A stretch of 64,000 nucleotides of DNA from a virus (taxonomy: Duplodnaviria > Caudoviricetes). This document shows, piece by piece, positions 43,806 to 53,454 of this stretch. Under the pieces are notes generated by a model. It worked only from the letters and a program-made list of their open reading frames with translations, did no database searches and was not told the DNA's origin. The translations under genes and the position numbers were made by a program. The number at the start of each line of letters is the position of its first letter. The stretch's first letter is position 1. The stretch is taken from the IMG/VR virus record IMGVR_UViG_3300008262_000013; one strand, 5' to 3'.

Positions 43806-45461
43806 ATGCCTAGAGTAAATACCCTTACATCTGTAAGTCCAAATTTGGTCATAAGTGGTGATGGAGAATTTTATTCTTTTTCTGCAAACACAACTTCTGT
43901 AAATGAGGGTAATACAGCGTTATTTACTGTCTCTACCAGAAACGTAAGTGAGACAACTTTATATTGGACTATAGTTGCAGTATCCGGCGATTTAAATAGT
44001 TTAGATGTAAATTCTTTGTCTGGTTCTTTTAGTCTGACTTCAAATGTAGGAACTTTTCCAATAACATTAACAGAAGATTCTTCAACAGAAGGTACTGAAA
44101 TTTTTCAAGTACAACTAAGAAAAAATTCTATATCAGGAACAATTGTAGCAAACTCTAGTTTCATTATAGCTAACGATACATCATTATCACCATCATATAC
44201 TCTTACTGCAAACACAACTTCTGTCAATGAAGGAAGTACAGTTTCGTTTACAGTAGATACACAAAATGTAAATGATGGCACAGTTTTGTATTGGACCACT
44301 TTAGGTGTTAGTGGTACAATAAATGCATCCGATTTTTCAGGATCTCAAATCGAAGGTACAGTTACAATCAACAGTAATGCAGCTTCTTTTATTAGAACTT
44401 TATCTAACGATGTTACTACAGAAGGAACAGAATCTTTTAGAATACAATTGAGAAGAACATCCAATACAGGAACAATTGTAGCAAATAGTGCAGTAGTTAC
44501 AATATCGGATACTTCAATAACTCCGCCAGTAACAGGACAAGTTTTGTTTGCTCCCGCATCTTCTTTTCCAAAAACTTCAGGAACTTCAGAATATGGATAT
44601 ACTAATTCTGGAACATGGACTGTTCCATCTGGAGTTACTAGAATATCTGTGGTCTGTATAGGCGGTGGAGGCGGCGGTAGTAATTCGGGAACATTCACCA
44701 ATCCATCTGGAGGTGGAGGTGGAGGATTATCTTATAGAAATAATTTTACGGTAACGCCGGGAGAAACATTATATTTTACCCATGGCGCTGGAGGTCAAGG
44801 AGCTACTCTAGTAGGATCTTGTGCTACTTTATGGAGAGGTTCACCTTTTCAAGCAGGATCAACTTTAATTTGTGGCGCTTATGGTGGATATGGCCGAAGC
44901 GCAGAGGGTGATGATGGTATACCTAATGCAATCGGTGGAAATGGAGGAGCAAGATTAACACATAATTCAAGTATTCCAGCTTCACCTAATATAGTTAGTG
45001 GTAGTGGTGCTGTGTCTGGGTCGGATGGTGGCGGCCAAGGCGGCCGAGGAGGAACTGCAACAGGAAATACAAGAGCTGCCGGTGGCGGCGGTGCTGCTGG
45101 ATATGCCGGCACTGGTGGCAACGGAGGTTCTTCGGGTGATGGTTTAAACGGAGCAGGCGGCGGTGGAGGAGGCGGGGGATCAGGAACTTCAAGTGCTGGT
45201 GGTGGAGGAGGAACTTTACCTACAGGACAAAGTTCAAATGGTACAGGAGGAACAGGAGGAACTACCGGCGGCAATGGCGGTGGAGGAACTACTATCTATA
45301 ATTTTGCTCAAAGAGGTAGAGCTTATGGCGGCGGCGGCGGTGGAATAGTTGGATCCTACTCTAATACATTTCAAAATGGTGTTGGCGAAATGGGGTGTCT
45401 CAGAATCATTTGGCCAGGTGATACGAGACAGTTCCCTTCTACAAGAACCACTGACGAATAA
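43806..45461 (+). CDS. Virion protein with two Calx-beta/Ig-like repeats and glycine-rich C-terminal domain
   Basis: Two ~105-aa repeats ANTTSVNEG...TEGTE.F..QLR, then WTVPSGVTRISVVCIGGGGGG and a Gly-rich tract. ATG 43806 is preferred. Confidence 0.72.
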   Translation: MPRVNTLTSVSPNLVISGDGEFYSFSANTTSVNEGNTALFTVSTRNVSETTLYWTIVAVSGDLNSLDVNSLSGSFSLTSNVGTFPITLTEDSSTEGTEIFQVQLRKNSISGTIVANSSFIIANDTSLSPSYTLTANTTSVNEGSTVSFTVDTQNVNDGTVLYWTTLGVSGTINASDFSGSQIEGTVTINSNAASFIRTLSNDVTTEGTESFRIQLRRTSNTGTIVANSAVVTISDTSITPPVTGQVLFAPASSFPKTSGTSEYGYTNSGTWTVPSGVTRISVVCIGGGGGGSNSGTFTNPSGGGGGGLSYRNNFTVTPGETLYFTHGAGGQGATLVGSCATLWRGSPFQAGSTLICGAYGGYGRSAEGDDGIPNAIGGNGGARLTHNSSIPASPNIVSGSGAVSGSDGGGQGGRGGTATGNTRAAGGGGAAGYAGTGGNGGSSGDGLNGAGGGGGGGGSGTSSAGGGGGTLPTGQSSNGTGGTGGTTGGNGGGGTTIYNFAQRGRAYGGGGGGIVGSYSNTFQNGVGEMGCLRIIWPGDTRQFPSTRTTDE

Positions 45462-45464
45462 ATA
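45458..45464 (+). promoter_or_regulatory. T4-type late promoter upstream of dps
   Basis: ATAAATA overlapping the upstream stop codon, followed by AAGGA RBS. Confidence 0.55.
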
Positions 45465-45485
45465 AACACTTTAAAGGAAATAAAA

Positions 45486-45920
45486 ATGGAAACATTAGTA
45501 GAGATGATGAAAAAAGTATTAGCAGATACTTTTGCTATGTACTTAAAATCACACAACTATCATTGGAATGTAGAAGGTTCTAACTTCCCACAATATCATG
45601 ATTTTTTTGGTAATTTATATCAAGAACTTCATGGTGCAGTAGATCCTATTGCGGAACAAATTCGTGCATTAGATGCTTATGCGCCAGGTTCTTTTAGTAG
45701 ATTTATGGAATTAACAGACATTCAAGATGAAATGAATGTTCCTCTTGGTACAGACATGGCAAGAAAATTGATGACGGATAATCAAATGGTATTAAATAGT
45801 TTGAATATGGCTTTAAAATTGGCTGAACAGTTTGATCAACAAGGTCTAATGGACTTTCTTGCAGGTAGAATCGACACTCACAACAAACACGCTTGGATGT
45901 TACGTAGTATCTCTAAGTAA
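45486..45920 (+). CDS. dps: Dps family ferritin-like DNA-protection/iron-storage protein
   Basis: LADTFAMYLKSHNYHWNVEG.NF...H..F..LY......D.IAEQIRAL...KHAWML Dps signature. Confidence 0.93.
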   Translation: METLVEMMKKVLADTFAMYLKSHNYHWNVEGSNFPQYHDFFGNLYQELHGAVDPIAEQIRALDAYAPGSFSRFMELTDIQDEMNVPLGTDMARKLMTDNQMVLNSLNMALKLAEQFDQQGLMDFLAGRIDTHNKHAWMLRSISK

Positions 45921-47542
45921 TGAATGACGGTTATCTTGGTAATGAACGCTTAAAGAAAGTTGGCGTTGAACTCACATACACTGAAGAACAAGCTGTTGAA
46001 ATTGTTAAGTGTATGGAAGACCCCGTTTATTTCATTAGAACATATGTTAAGATTGTCAACGTAGACCGTGGTTTAGTTCCTTTTGATATGTGGCCATTTC
46101 AAGAAGAAATGGTTAAGTCTTTTCATAACAATCGATTTTCAATTGCAAAAATGCCTCGACAGGTTGGTAAAACAACCACAACGGTTGGTTATATGTTGTG
46201 GTGTGTTTTATTTCAAGAAGAATATTCAATTGCAATCTTGGCCAATAAAGGTCAACTAGCACAAGAAATTCTTTCGAGAATACAGAAGGCCTATGAGTAT
46301 TTACCTATTTGGTTGCAACAAGGTATTATAGTTTGGAATAAAAGAAATATTGAACTTGAAAATGGTTCTAAAATTTATGCTTATGCAACCTCAGCAGCTG
46401 GTGTTCGAGGTGGTTCGTATAATTTAATTTTCTTAGATGAATTTGCTTTCGTTCAACATAATATGGCACTTGATTTCTTCCAGTCAACGTATCCTGTTAT
46501 TTCTTCTGGACAAACATCAAAGGTTATTATTGTTTCTACTCCAAATGGATTGAATCTGTTTTACAAAATGTGGACAGATGCAATTGAAAATCGTTCGACT
46601 TATGTTCCGGTTGAAGTTCATTGGTCTATGGTACCAGGTAGAGATCAAAAGTGGAAAGAAGAAACGATACGCAATACCTCTGAAGAACAATTTAGAGTCG
46701 AGTTTGAAACTGAGTTTATTGGTTCTTCCGCAACACTGGTTTCCGGTGTAAAATTAAGATCGTTGGCTTTCTTCAATCCAATACACTCAGAAGAAGGTCT
46801 GGACATTTATGAACAACCACAGAAAGATCGATTGTATATTTGTACAGTAGATTGTTCTGAGGGTGTTGACAGAGATTATTCGACAATTAATGTAATAGAT
46901 GTTTCTCAGGTACCTTACAGACAGGTTGCCAAATATAGAAACAATAAGTTACCATTATTGTTTTTTCCAACAATAATTTATTCTTTGGCAAACAAATATA
47001 ATGAAGCCTTCGTATTGATTGAAACAAATAATGTGGGTCAACAAGTTGTGGACATTTTACATTATGATCTAGAATACGAAAACGTCTATAAGATTGACCA
47101 CCATCATATTAAAGGTCAGACGATTTCTGGTGGATTTAAACGATCTGCAAACTTTGGTGTTAAAACTACCAAAACTGTTAAAAAAATTGGTTGTGCCAAC
47201 TTGAAAACGTTGGTAGAAAATGATAAATTAATCATTAATGACTTTGATACAATTGCAGAATTAAATACTTTTGTACGTCAGAAAGATAGTTATGCAGCCG
47301 AAGAAGGTAATAATGATGATTTGGTCATGGGTCTTGTATTGTTTTCGTGGTTATCTGCACAATCGTATTTCAAAGAAGCCACAAATATAGATATAAGGAA
47401 GGTTCTTTTAGAAGAAAATGACATGTTAGGTGACGAACAATTGACGCCTTTTGGTATCATAGATGATGGTAGAGAAGAACCTATCGTAGATTCATCTGGA
47501 GACCATTGGTCGACTAGAGGTTATACACCTTCAACTTTCTAA
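45920..47542 (+). CDS. gp17: Terminase large subunit gp17
   Basis: KMPRQVGKTT Walker A, LIFLDEFAF Walker B, VSTPNG, and DDLVM nuclease motif. Confidence 0.97.
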   Translation: MNDGYLGNERLKKVGVELTYTEEQAVEIVKCMEDPVYFIRTYVKIVNVDRGLVPFDMWPFQEEMVKSFHNNRFSIAKMPRQVGKTTTTVGYMLWCVLFQEEYSIAILANKGQLAQEILSRIQKAYEYLPIWLQQGIIVWNKRNIELENGSKIYAYATSAAGVRGGSYNLIFLDEFAFVQHNMALDFFQSTYPVISSGQTSKVIIVSTPNGLNLFYKMWTDAIENRSTYVPVEVHWSMVPGRDQKWKEETIRNTSEEQFRVEFETEFIGSSATLVSGVKLRSLAFFNPIHSEEGLDIYEQPQKDRLYICTVDCSEGVDRDYSTINVIDVSQVPYRQVAKYRNNKLPLLFFPTIIYSLANKYNEAFVLIETNNVGQQVVDILHYDLEYENVYKIDHHHIKGQTISGGFKRSANFGVKTTKTVKKIGCANLKTLVENDKLIINDFDTIAELNTFVRQKDSYAAEEGNNDDLVMGLVLFSWLSAQSYFKEATNIDIRKVLLEENDMLGDEQLTPFGIIDDGREEPIVDSSGDHWSTRGYTPSTF

Positions 47543-47546
47543 AAAC

Positions 47547-47553
47547 ATAAATA
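47547..47553 (+). promoter_or_regulatory. T4-type late promoter upstream of gp18
   Basis: Intergenic CATAAATA; AAGGAG RBS before ATG 47598. Confidence 0.72.
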
Positions 47554-47597
47554 GACAATAAAAGAATTTATTCAGCCTGAAAAAAGGAGATTTAAAA

Positions 47598-49322
47598 ATG
47601 GCTTTTCAACTATCACCAGGTGTGAATGTCTCAGAAGTTGATTTAACAACTGTCGTACCTTCTGTGGCAACTACTGTTGGTGGTTTTGCCGGTAATTTCA
47701 ACTGGGGACCTGTGGACGAAATCGTAACAATTAATAATGAAGTTCAACTAGTAGAGAGATTTGGTAAACCAAACAGTAATACATACACCTCTTTCTTCAC
47801 CGCAGCAAACTTTTTATCGTATGCAAATGACATTCGTGTGGTTCGTTCAGTAGGATCAACCGCAAATAATGCTACAGTGGATGCAGCAGGTATTTCCATC
47901 AAAAATAAAACAGATTATGAAGAACAGTTTCCTATTGCGGAAAATGTATTCGATGCAGGAAGTTACCCTAGAGTTTTTGCTGCCAAATATCCAGGCGCAT
48001 TAGGTAATGCCTTAAGAGTTTCTATGTGTGATGCAAATACAACTATACTTTCTACCTGGACATATAGAGATGAATTTAGTGCAAATGCATCAAACTCAGC
48101 TTTTGCTGTTACAAAAGGTATTAGTAAAGATGAAATTCATATTGTTGTTGTAGATAGAACAGGAGCAATTTCTGGAACAGAAGGAACAGTTTTAGAAAAA
48201 TTTGGTTTTGCTTCCAAATTAAAAGATGCCAAAAATGAAGATGGAACTTCAAACTATTATGTTGATGTTTTAAACAGTAGATCAAAGTATATTTGGTGGC
48301 TAAGCCATCCAATAGTAACTACAAATTGGGGTAGAACTTCTTCTAATTTGTTAGATGATTCAAATTTTATTAGTGCTAATAAACAGTTGGATGCACTTAC
48401 ATCCACAACATTTGATTTGTCTGGAGGAACAGACGTAGAACCAACTGCTGGAAATAGAAATTCTTCATATGACCTTTTTGATAACCCAGATTCAGTTGAT
48501 GTTTCATTATTAATGACCGGAGAAACTGTTGGTGATACAATACCAGACCATTTAATTTCAATGGCAGAAAATAGAAAAGATGTTTTGGTTTTCATATCTC
48601 CCGAACAATCAGATTGTGTAAATAATTCAGGTAGTGAGGTTACTGATATAAGAACTTTAAGGGATACTATAACGTCATCTTCTTTTGCTGTTATGGATTC
48701 TGGATGGAAATATCAGTACGATAAGTATAATGACGTTTATCGTTGGATTCCTTTAAATGGAGATGTTGCTGGACTATGTGCTAGAACTGATATCGAAAGA
48801 GATCCTTGGTTCTCACCAGCAGGATTTAACAGAGGTCAAATTAAGAACGTTGTTAAACTTGCTTGGAATCCAACCAAAGCTGAAAGGGACAGTTTATATA
48901 AAATGGGTATCAACCCAGTAGTTACATTCCCTGGTGAAGGCACCGTATTATATGGTGATAAGACCTTATTGTCAAGACCTTCTGCATTTGATCGTATCAA
49001 TGTTCGCCGCCTATTCATTGTTTTAGAGAAAGCGATTGCGAGAGCATCTCGTTCATCGTTGTTTGAATTTAACGATGAATTTACAAGAGCTCAATTTGTA
49101 AATCTTGTAGAACCATTCTTACGTGATGTACAAGGTCGCCGTGGTATTTACGACTACCGTGTTGTATGTGATACTACAAATAATACACCAGAAGTTATTG
49201 ATCGTAACGAGTTTGTTGGTGATATCTATATTAAACCTGCACGTTCAATCAACTTTATTCAACTTAACTTTGTTGCTGTACGCACAGGCGTATCGTTCAA
49301 TGAAGTCGTTGGATCGTTTTAA
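47598..49322 (+). CDS. gp18: Tail sheath protein gp18
   Basis: MAFQLSPGVNVSEVDLT...WFSPAGFNRG...FDRINVRRLF...IYIKPARSINFIQLNFVA. Confidence 0.97.
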   Translation: MAFQLSPGVNVSEVDLTTVVPSVATTVGGFAGNFNWGPVDEIVTINNEVQLVERFGKPNSNTYTSFFTAANFLSYANDIRVVRSVGSTANNATVDAAGISIKNKTDYEEQFPIAENVFDAGSYPRVFAAKYPGALGNALRVSMCDANTTILSTWTYRDEFSANASNSAFAVTKGISKDEIHIVVVDRTGAISGTEGTVLEKFGFASKLKDAKNEDGTSNYYVDVLNSRSKYIWWLSHPIVTTNWGRTSSNLLDDSNFISANKQLDALTSTTFDLSGGTDVEPTAGNRNSSYDLFDNPDSVDVSLLMTGETVGDTIPDHLISMAENRKDVLVFISPEQSDCVNNSGSEVTDIRTLRDTITSSSFAVMDSGWKYQYDKYNDVYRWIPLNGDVAGLCARTDIERDPWFSPAGFNRGQIKNVVKLAWNPTKAERDSLYKMGINPVVTFPGEGTVLYGDKTLLSRPSAFDRINVRRLFIVLEKAIARASRSSLFEFNDEFTRAQFVNLVEPFLRDVQGRRGIYDYRVVCDTTNNTPEVIDRNEFVGDIYIKPARSINFIQLNFVAVRTGVSFNEVVGSF

Positions 49323-49328
49323 TAAATA
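49322..49328 (+). promoter_or_regulatory. T4-type late promoter upstream of gp19
   Basis: ATAAATA immediately after the gp18 stop; AGGAGA RBS. Confidence 0.7.
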
Positions 49329-49349
49329 GAGAGATAGGAGAATAATTAA

Positions 49350-49895
49350 ATGGCTTTCAACATTAACGAATTCCGCTCTCAAATGCAAGGAGACGGCGCA
49401 CGCCCAAATTTATTTGAGGTTAGCATGCCGTTCCCTTCGTTTTCATTGCCAGGAAACGCACAAACAAAATTAACATTCATGTGTAAAACTGCACAATTAC
49501 CAGGGTCAACTCTTGGTATTGTGCCTGTTCAATATTTTGGACGTGAATTAAAATTTGTAGGCAATAGAACATTTGCAGATTGGACAATCACAGTTATTAA
49601 CGATGAAGATTTTATCATTCGTAATGCTTTCGAACGTTGGATGAATGGCATTAATAGTCATAGTCTAAACGTGAGAACACCTTTAGCACAATCACCATTA
49701 GGATATACTGTAGATGGAGAAGTTACACAGTATGCTAAAAATGGCGATTCATTAAAGAAATATAAATTTATCGGTCTTTTTCCGACAGATATTACTCCAA
49801 TTGATGTTGACTGGGGTGCTAATGATACGATTGAGGAGTTTTCAGTGACCCTTACCTATCAATGGTGGGAGTCAATTGCAGACAACGTGGTTTGA
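49350..49895 (+). CDS. gp19: Tail tube protein gp19
   Basis: GARPNLFEV...GRELKFVGNRTFADWTITVINDEDF...FPT.I..I...W....IEEF.VT..YQWW. Confidence 0.96.
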   Translation: MAFNINEFRSQMQGDGARPNLFEVSMPFPSFSLPGNAQTKLTFMCKTAQLPGSTLGIVPVQYFGRELKFVGNRTFADWTITVINDEDFIIRNAFERWMNGINSHSLNVRTPLAQSPLGYTVDGEVTQYAKNGDSLKKYKFIGLFPTDITPIDVDWGANDTIEEFSVTLTYQWWESIADNVV

Positions 49896-49897
49896 TA

Positions 49898-49926
49898 GAG
49901 AAAGAGCTCTTGCTCTTTCTCCTTTT
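49898..49926 (+). terminator. Intrinsic terminator after gp19
   Basis: Perfect 10-bp stem GAGAAAGAGC-TCTT-GCTCTTTCTC followed by CTTTT. Confidence 0.75.
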
Positions 49927-49942
49927 ATAGGATTAATATATT

Positions 49943-51601
49943 TTGGCAATTAAACTTTTCGGATTTACTATCGGCAGAAAGGATATTGTTCAGGTTGAAA
50001 AACCTGAACAGGCTTCCTTCGCTCTCCCAACTCAGGCCATCGATGATGGTGCTGTCACTATTACTTCAAATGCTTATTACGGTACATACGTAGACTTAGA
50101 AGGTTCTGTTCGTAATGAATTAGAACTTATTACACGTTATCGTGAAATGGCAAATCATCCAGAATTAGAAATGGCGATTGATGAAATTGTAAATGAAGCC
50201 ATTACATATTCTACTGATAAGAGAGTTGTTGATGTAAATACAGATAATTTGAAAACAACAGATTCCATCAAAAAGAAAATTACTGAGGAATTTGAAACAG
50301 TATTGCGTCTTTTAAATTTTTCTAATTTAGCTTCTGATCTCTTTAAAAGATGGTACATAGATGGTAGAATGTACTATCATATCGTAGTAAATGAGAAGAA
50401 TCCAAAAGAAGGTATACAAGAATTACGTTATATCGACCCAAGAAAAATAAGAAAAGTTCGTGAAGTAAAAACAGGTAGAGATCCAAAAACGGGAGCTACT
50501 GTTATTCTTTCAACGGCTGAATATTATGTTTATAGTGATAGAGGTACAACCACTCAAAATTATACTTCATCAACAAGTTCAGGTTTAAGAATATCACCAG
50601 ATTCAGTTATCAATATCAATTCTGGTTTAATGGATGCAAAGAATACTTTTGTAATTTCTTTCTTACATAAAGTAATCAAACCACTCAATCAATTACGTAT
50701 GATTGAAGATGCAGTAGTTATTTACCGTATTTCAAGAGCACCAGAACGTAGAATTTTTTACATCGATGTAGGTAATTTACCAAAAGGTAAAGCAGAACAA
50801 TATCTACGTGATGTTATGGTTAAGTATCGTAACAAAATGGTTTATGATGCATCAACAGGTGAATTGCGTGATGATCGTAAACACATGTCGATGCTTGAAG
50901 ATTTTTGGTTACCACGTAGAGAAGGTGGTAAAGGCACAGAGATTACTACATTACCAGCTGGGCAAAATCTTGGCGAACTAGAAGATGTTAAGTATTTTCA
51001 AAAGAAACTTCTCAATGCATTGAATGTTCCTCTTTCTAGATTGGATGAACAGGGCGGTGGCGGTTTCGCAGGTTTAGGTAGAAGTCAAGAAATCACTAGA
51101 GATGAATTAAAGTTTGCAAAATTTATTCAAAGATTGCGTAATAAATTTTCTATTATTTTCACTGAAGCTTTAGGTACACAATTAATACTTAAAGGTATTT
51201 GTACTTCAGAAGAATGGAGAGAATGGAAAGAAGTTATTAACTATGATTACAAAAAAGACAATAACTTTACTGAGTTAAGAGAAGCTGAATTATTGCAAAA
51301 TAGACTGCAAATGGTCGGCATGGTTGATCCTTATATTGGTAAATATTTCTCACATGAATTTGTAAAGAAGAAAGTTTTACAGATGACGGATGATGAAATT
51401 GAAGAAATGCAAGAACAAATAGATGCTGAAAATGAACAAGGTTTAAATGATCCTCCAATGGATGAACAACAAGAACCACCAGCATCACCTGATGAATATC
51501 CTCCTGTTGATAATACAATAGACGATAGAAATTCTGAGTCACCTACACCAGAATTAGACGCACAGACAGATAGATATACATCAATACTAAATAGACGATA
51601 A
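49943..51601 (+). CDS. gp20: Portal protein gp20
   Basis: TTG start; WYIDGR, YRISRAPERRIFYIDVGNLPKGKAEQY and EDFWLPRREGGKGTEITTLP. Confidence 0.97.
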   Translation: MAIKLFGFTIGRKDIVQVEKPEQASFALPTQAIDDGAVTITSNAYYGTYVDLEGSVRNELELITRYREMANHPELEMAIDEIVNEAITYSTDKRVVDVNTDNLKTTDSIKKKITEEFETVLRLLNFSNLASDLFKRWYIDGRMYYHIVVNEKNPKEGIQELRYIDPRKIRKVREVKTGRDPKTGATVILSTAEYYVYSDRGTTTQNYTSSTSSGLRISPDSVININSGLMDAKNTFVISFLHKVIKPLNQLRMIEDAVVIYRISRAPERRIFYIDVGNLPKGKAEQYLRDVMVKYRNKMVYDASTGELRDDRKHMSMLEDFWLPRREGGKGTEITTLPAGQNLGELEDVKYFQKKLLNALNVPLSRLDEQGGGGFAGLGRSQEITRDELKFAKFIQRLRNKFSIIFTEALGTQLILKGICTSEEWREWKEVINYDYKKDNNFTELREAELLQNRLQMVGMVDPYIGKYFSHEFVKKKVLQMTDDEIEEMQEQIDAENEQGLNDPPMDEQQEPPASPDEYPPVDNTIDDRNSESPTPELDAQTDRYTSILNRR

Positions 51602-51816
51602 TGGAGAAAAACATGGATATTTCACAATTTATTGATAATGTTGTTGCCGGTAATGCAGCCGCTGCAAGAGAAAACTTGAATGACCTTCTATCCACAAAGG
51701 CCTTTGAAGCCATAGATGGCCAGAAAAAAGAGTTAGCCACAAATTTATTTGGTGGTAATTCTGAAGAAAATGAAATAGAAGTTCAAGATACAGAAGAAGA
51801 AATAACAGAAGAATGA
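51601..51816 (+). CDS. Small acidic prohead core protein (gp67-like position)
   Basis: 71 aa, acidic C-terminus, immediately after the portal gene as in T4-like phages. Confidence 0.6.
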   Translation: MEKNMDISQFIDNVVAGNAAAARENLNDLLSTKAFEAIDGQKKELATNLFGGNSEENEIEVQDTEEEITEE

Positions 51817-52637
51817 AATCTTTATACGAATTTAAAAATTTAGTAGAAGAAGAAAAGTCGGACTATTCTAAGTTCGACATGTTGGTACGAGCTGGTCTGG
51901 CAAACAAAGCACAATTACAACGAATTCATAGAATTCTTGATAAGATGCAAGATGATAGACCACAATTTAATAATGCTGATAAAATGATTCTACAAAATCT
52001 TTTTAATAAGATGGTAGATTTAATTAGTAATAATAAACAGATATTTCAAAAGACTCGTCAAGCTGTTCGTGAAGAAGTAGAGATTGACGAACGTACTATA
52101 GATACTTCAGATTTTAAAATTGGACCTTCTGGTAAAAAAGTAAAAGCTCATCGTGTTAAAGTTGGTGATGATTTAAAAGTTGATGATGAACTAAAAATAA
52201 AAGAAGAAAATATTATAGAAGCAGATTCTTCTAAAAATAGTCAAGAGGATCCTCCTGTAGTATTAATGTTAAAACGTAAAGCAATTCGTATTTACCCAGA
52301 TAAAACAAAAGTTGCTTTATATTATAATTCAAAACTAGATAAACATTTTACTGTGCCTTATGGTACTGCAATTGATTCTGCAATTCAATCAGAAGAAGTT
52401 GAATTGAAAGAAGCAGTTATGGATTCATTACATAAGATTGTTGCGGGTAAACAAGCACAATCAGTAAAGTTTGCTAACGGTCAAACTAGAAAAGTAGATC
52501 ATTATACAGCATCAGCTATTACACAAGTGCATAAAGCTGTGAATGATGATAACAAGAAGAAGTTAGCTGACATGGTACATAAATCACCTGCACACTTTGA
52601 AAAAGTTGCAAGTTTTGCTTTTAGTAAAGTAAAATGA
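51813..52637 (+). CDS. Hypothetical head-region protein (274 aa)
   Basis: Coupled ORF between prohead core genes; Glu-rich segments with several LEE/IEE-type potential gp21 sites. Confidence 0.65.
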   Translation: MKSLYEFKNLVEEEKSDYSKFDMLVRAGLANKAQLQRIHRILDKMQDDRPQFNNADKMILQNLFNKMVDLISNNKQIFQKTRQAVREEVEIDERTIDTSDFKIGPSGKKVKAHRVKVGDDLKVDDELKIKEENIIEADSSKNSQEDPPVVLMLKRKAIRIYPDKTKVALYYNSKLDKHFTVPYGTAIDSAIQSEEVELKEAVMDSLHKIVAGKQAQSVKFANGQTRKVDHYTASAITQVHKAVNDDNKKKLADMVHKSPAHFEKVASFAFSKVK

Positions 52638-53080
52638 AATTAATCGATTTAATTTTAGAAGGCAATGTTGTCGAAGCAAAAAAATGCTTTGACAATTTAA
52701 TGTCTGAGAAGATACAACAGAAACTAGAAGAAGAAAGAACAGAAGTAGTTGATTCTTTTTTTGAAGGCGAAGATTTAGTTGAGGCAACAAAAAGAAGAAA
52801 CCCAAATATTATTAAAATGGGTAGAGTACAAAAAATTCGCCGTAGAATTCGAAGAAATGCAAAAGGTAGAATTGTCGTACAGAAAAATGTAAGACGTTCA
52901 GGCATTAAAGGTTTCAGAGTGTCAGGTAACACTGTTAAAAGAATACCTGCAATAGAGAGATTAAGAAAAGCACGCTTACTAAAGCGTTCATGGAAAACAA
53001 CAAGAAGAGCTAAAATACGCCGTACACTATTGAAAAGAAAAATGTCAATGCGTAGGCGTTCATCAATGGGACTAAGATAA
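52634..53080 (+). CDS. Prohead core protein (gp68-like, basic C-terminus)
   Basis: Acidic N-terminus and very Arg/Lys-rich C-terminus ending KRKMSMRRRSSMGLR; located between gp20 and gp21. Confidence 0.65.
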   Translation: MKLIDLILEGNVVEAKKCFDNLMSEKIQQKLEEERTEVVDSFFEGEDLVEATKRRNPNIIKMGRVQKIRRRIRRNAKGRIVVQKNVRRSGIKGFRVSGNTVKRIPAIERLRKARLLKRSWKTTRRAKIRRTLLKRKMSMRRRSSMGLR

Positions 53081-53081
53081 A

Positions 53082-53453
53082 ATGCCACATGAAATTGTAA
53101 ATAATAAAAGAAGTAAGTCGGTAATTAAAGTAGTGGGTAATAACGCTATAACAGTTACACTTTCTTCTTTATCAGCAAGTGCAGACGAAACAATTACTAA
53201 TGCTTCTATTTCACATGTAATGTCACAATCTGATGGTGCATGGAAAGTTTATAGAGGAGATAGTACCAGTGGAGAATTAGTATTAGATTTAACTGGTGCT
53301 GGAAATTGTGATTGGCCATTAGCTCAATATGATATTGCAATAGCTAACACTTCTTCTGCAAATATTCATATAACTAATTCTGGTGCAGGCGGTACACTTA
53401 TTTTAGTAGTAAGTAAAATTAGCACTTATTCACCAGCTTTAACAGGAATGTAA
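53082..53453 (+). CDS. Hypothetical protein upstream of gp21
   Basis: 123-aa beta-rich ORF tightly coupled to its neighbours. Confidence 0.6.
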   Translation: MPHEIVNNKRSKSVIKVVGNNAITVTLSSLSASADETITNASISHVMSQSDGAWKVYRGDSTSGELVLDLTGAGNCDWPLAQYDIAIANTSSANIHITNSGAGGTLILVVSKISTYSPALTGM

Positions 53454-53454
53454 A

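Noticed and set aside
38074-45274. Pro-rich minus-strand ORFs (38074..38361, 38374..38640, 44345..44701, 44879..45274)
   Set aside because: They are shadow frames of Gly-rich + strand genes (GGN read as NCC); no independent RBS or motifs.
47598-49322. gp18 shorter (574 aa) than T4 gp18
   Set aside because: N- and C-terminal motifs are intact, and sheath length variation from missing outer domains is common; not evidence of a pseudogene.
52621-53088. 155-aa minus-strand ORF opposite the gp68-like gene
   Set aside because: It is an antisense shadow of an Arg/Lys-rich gene with no motifs; the + strand gene fits the T4-like synteny.
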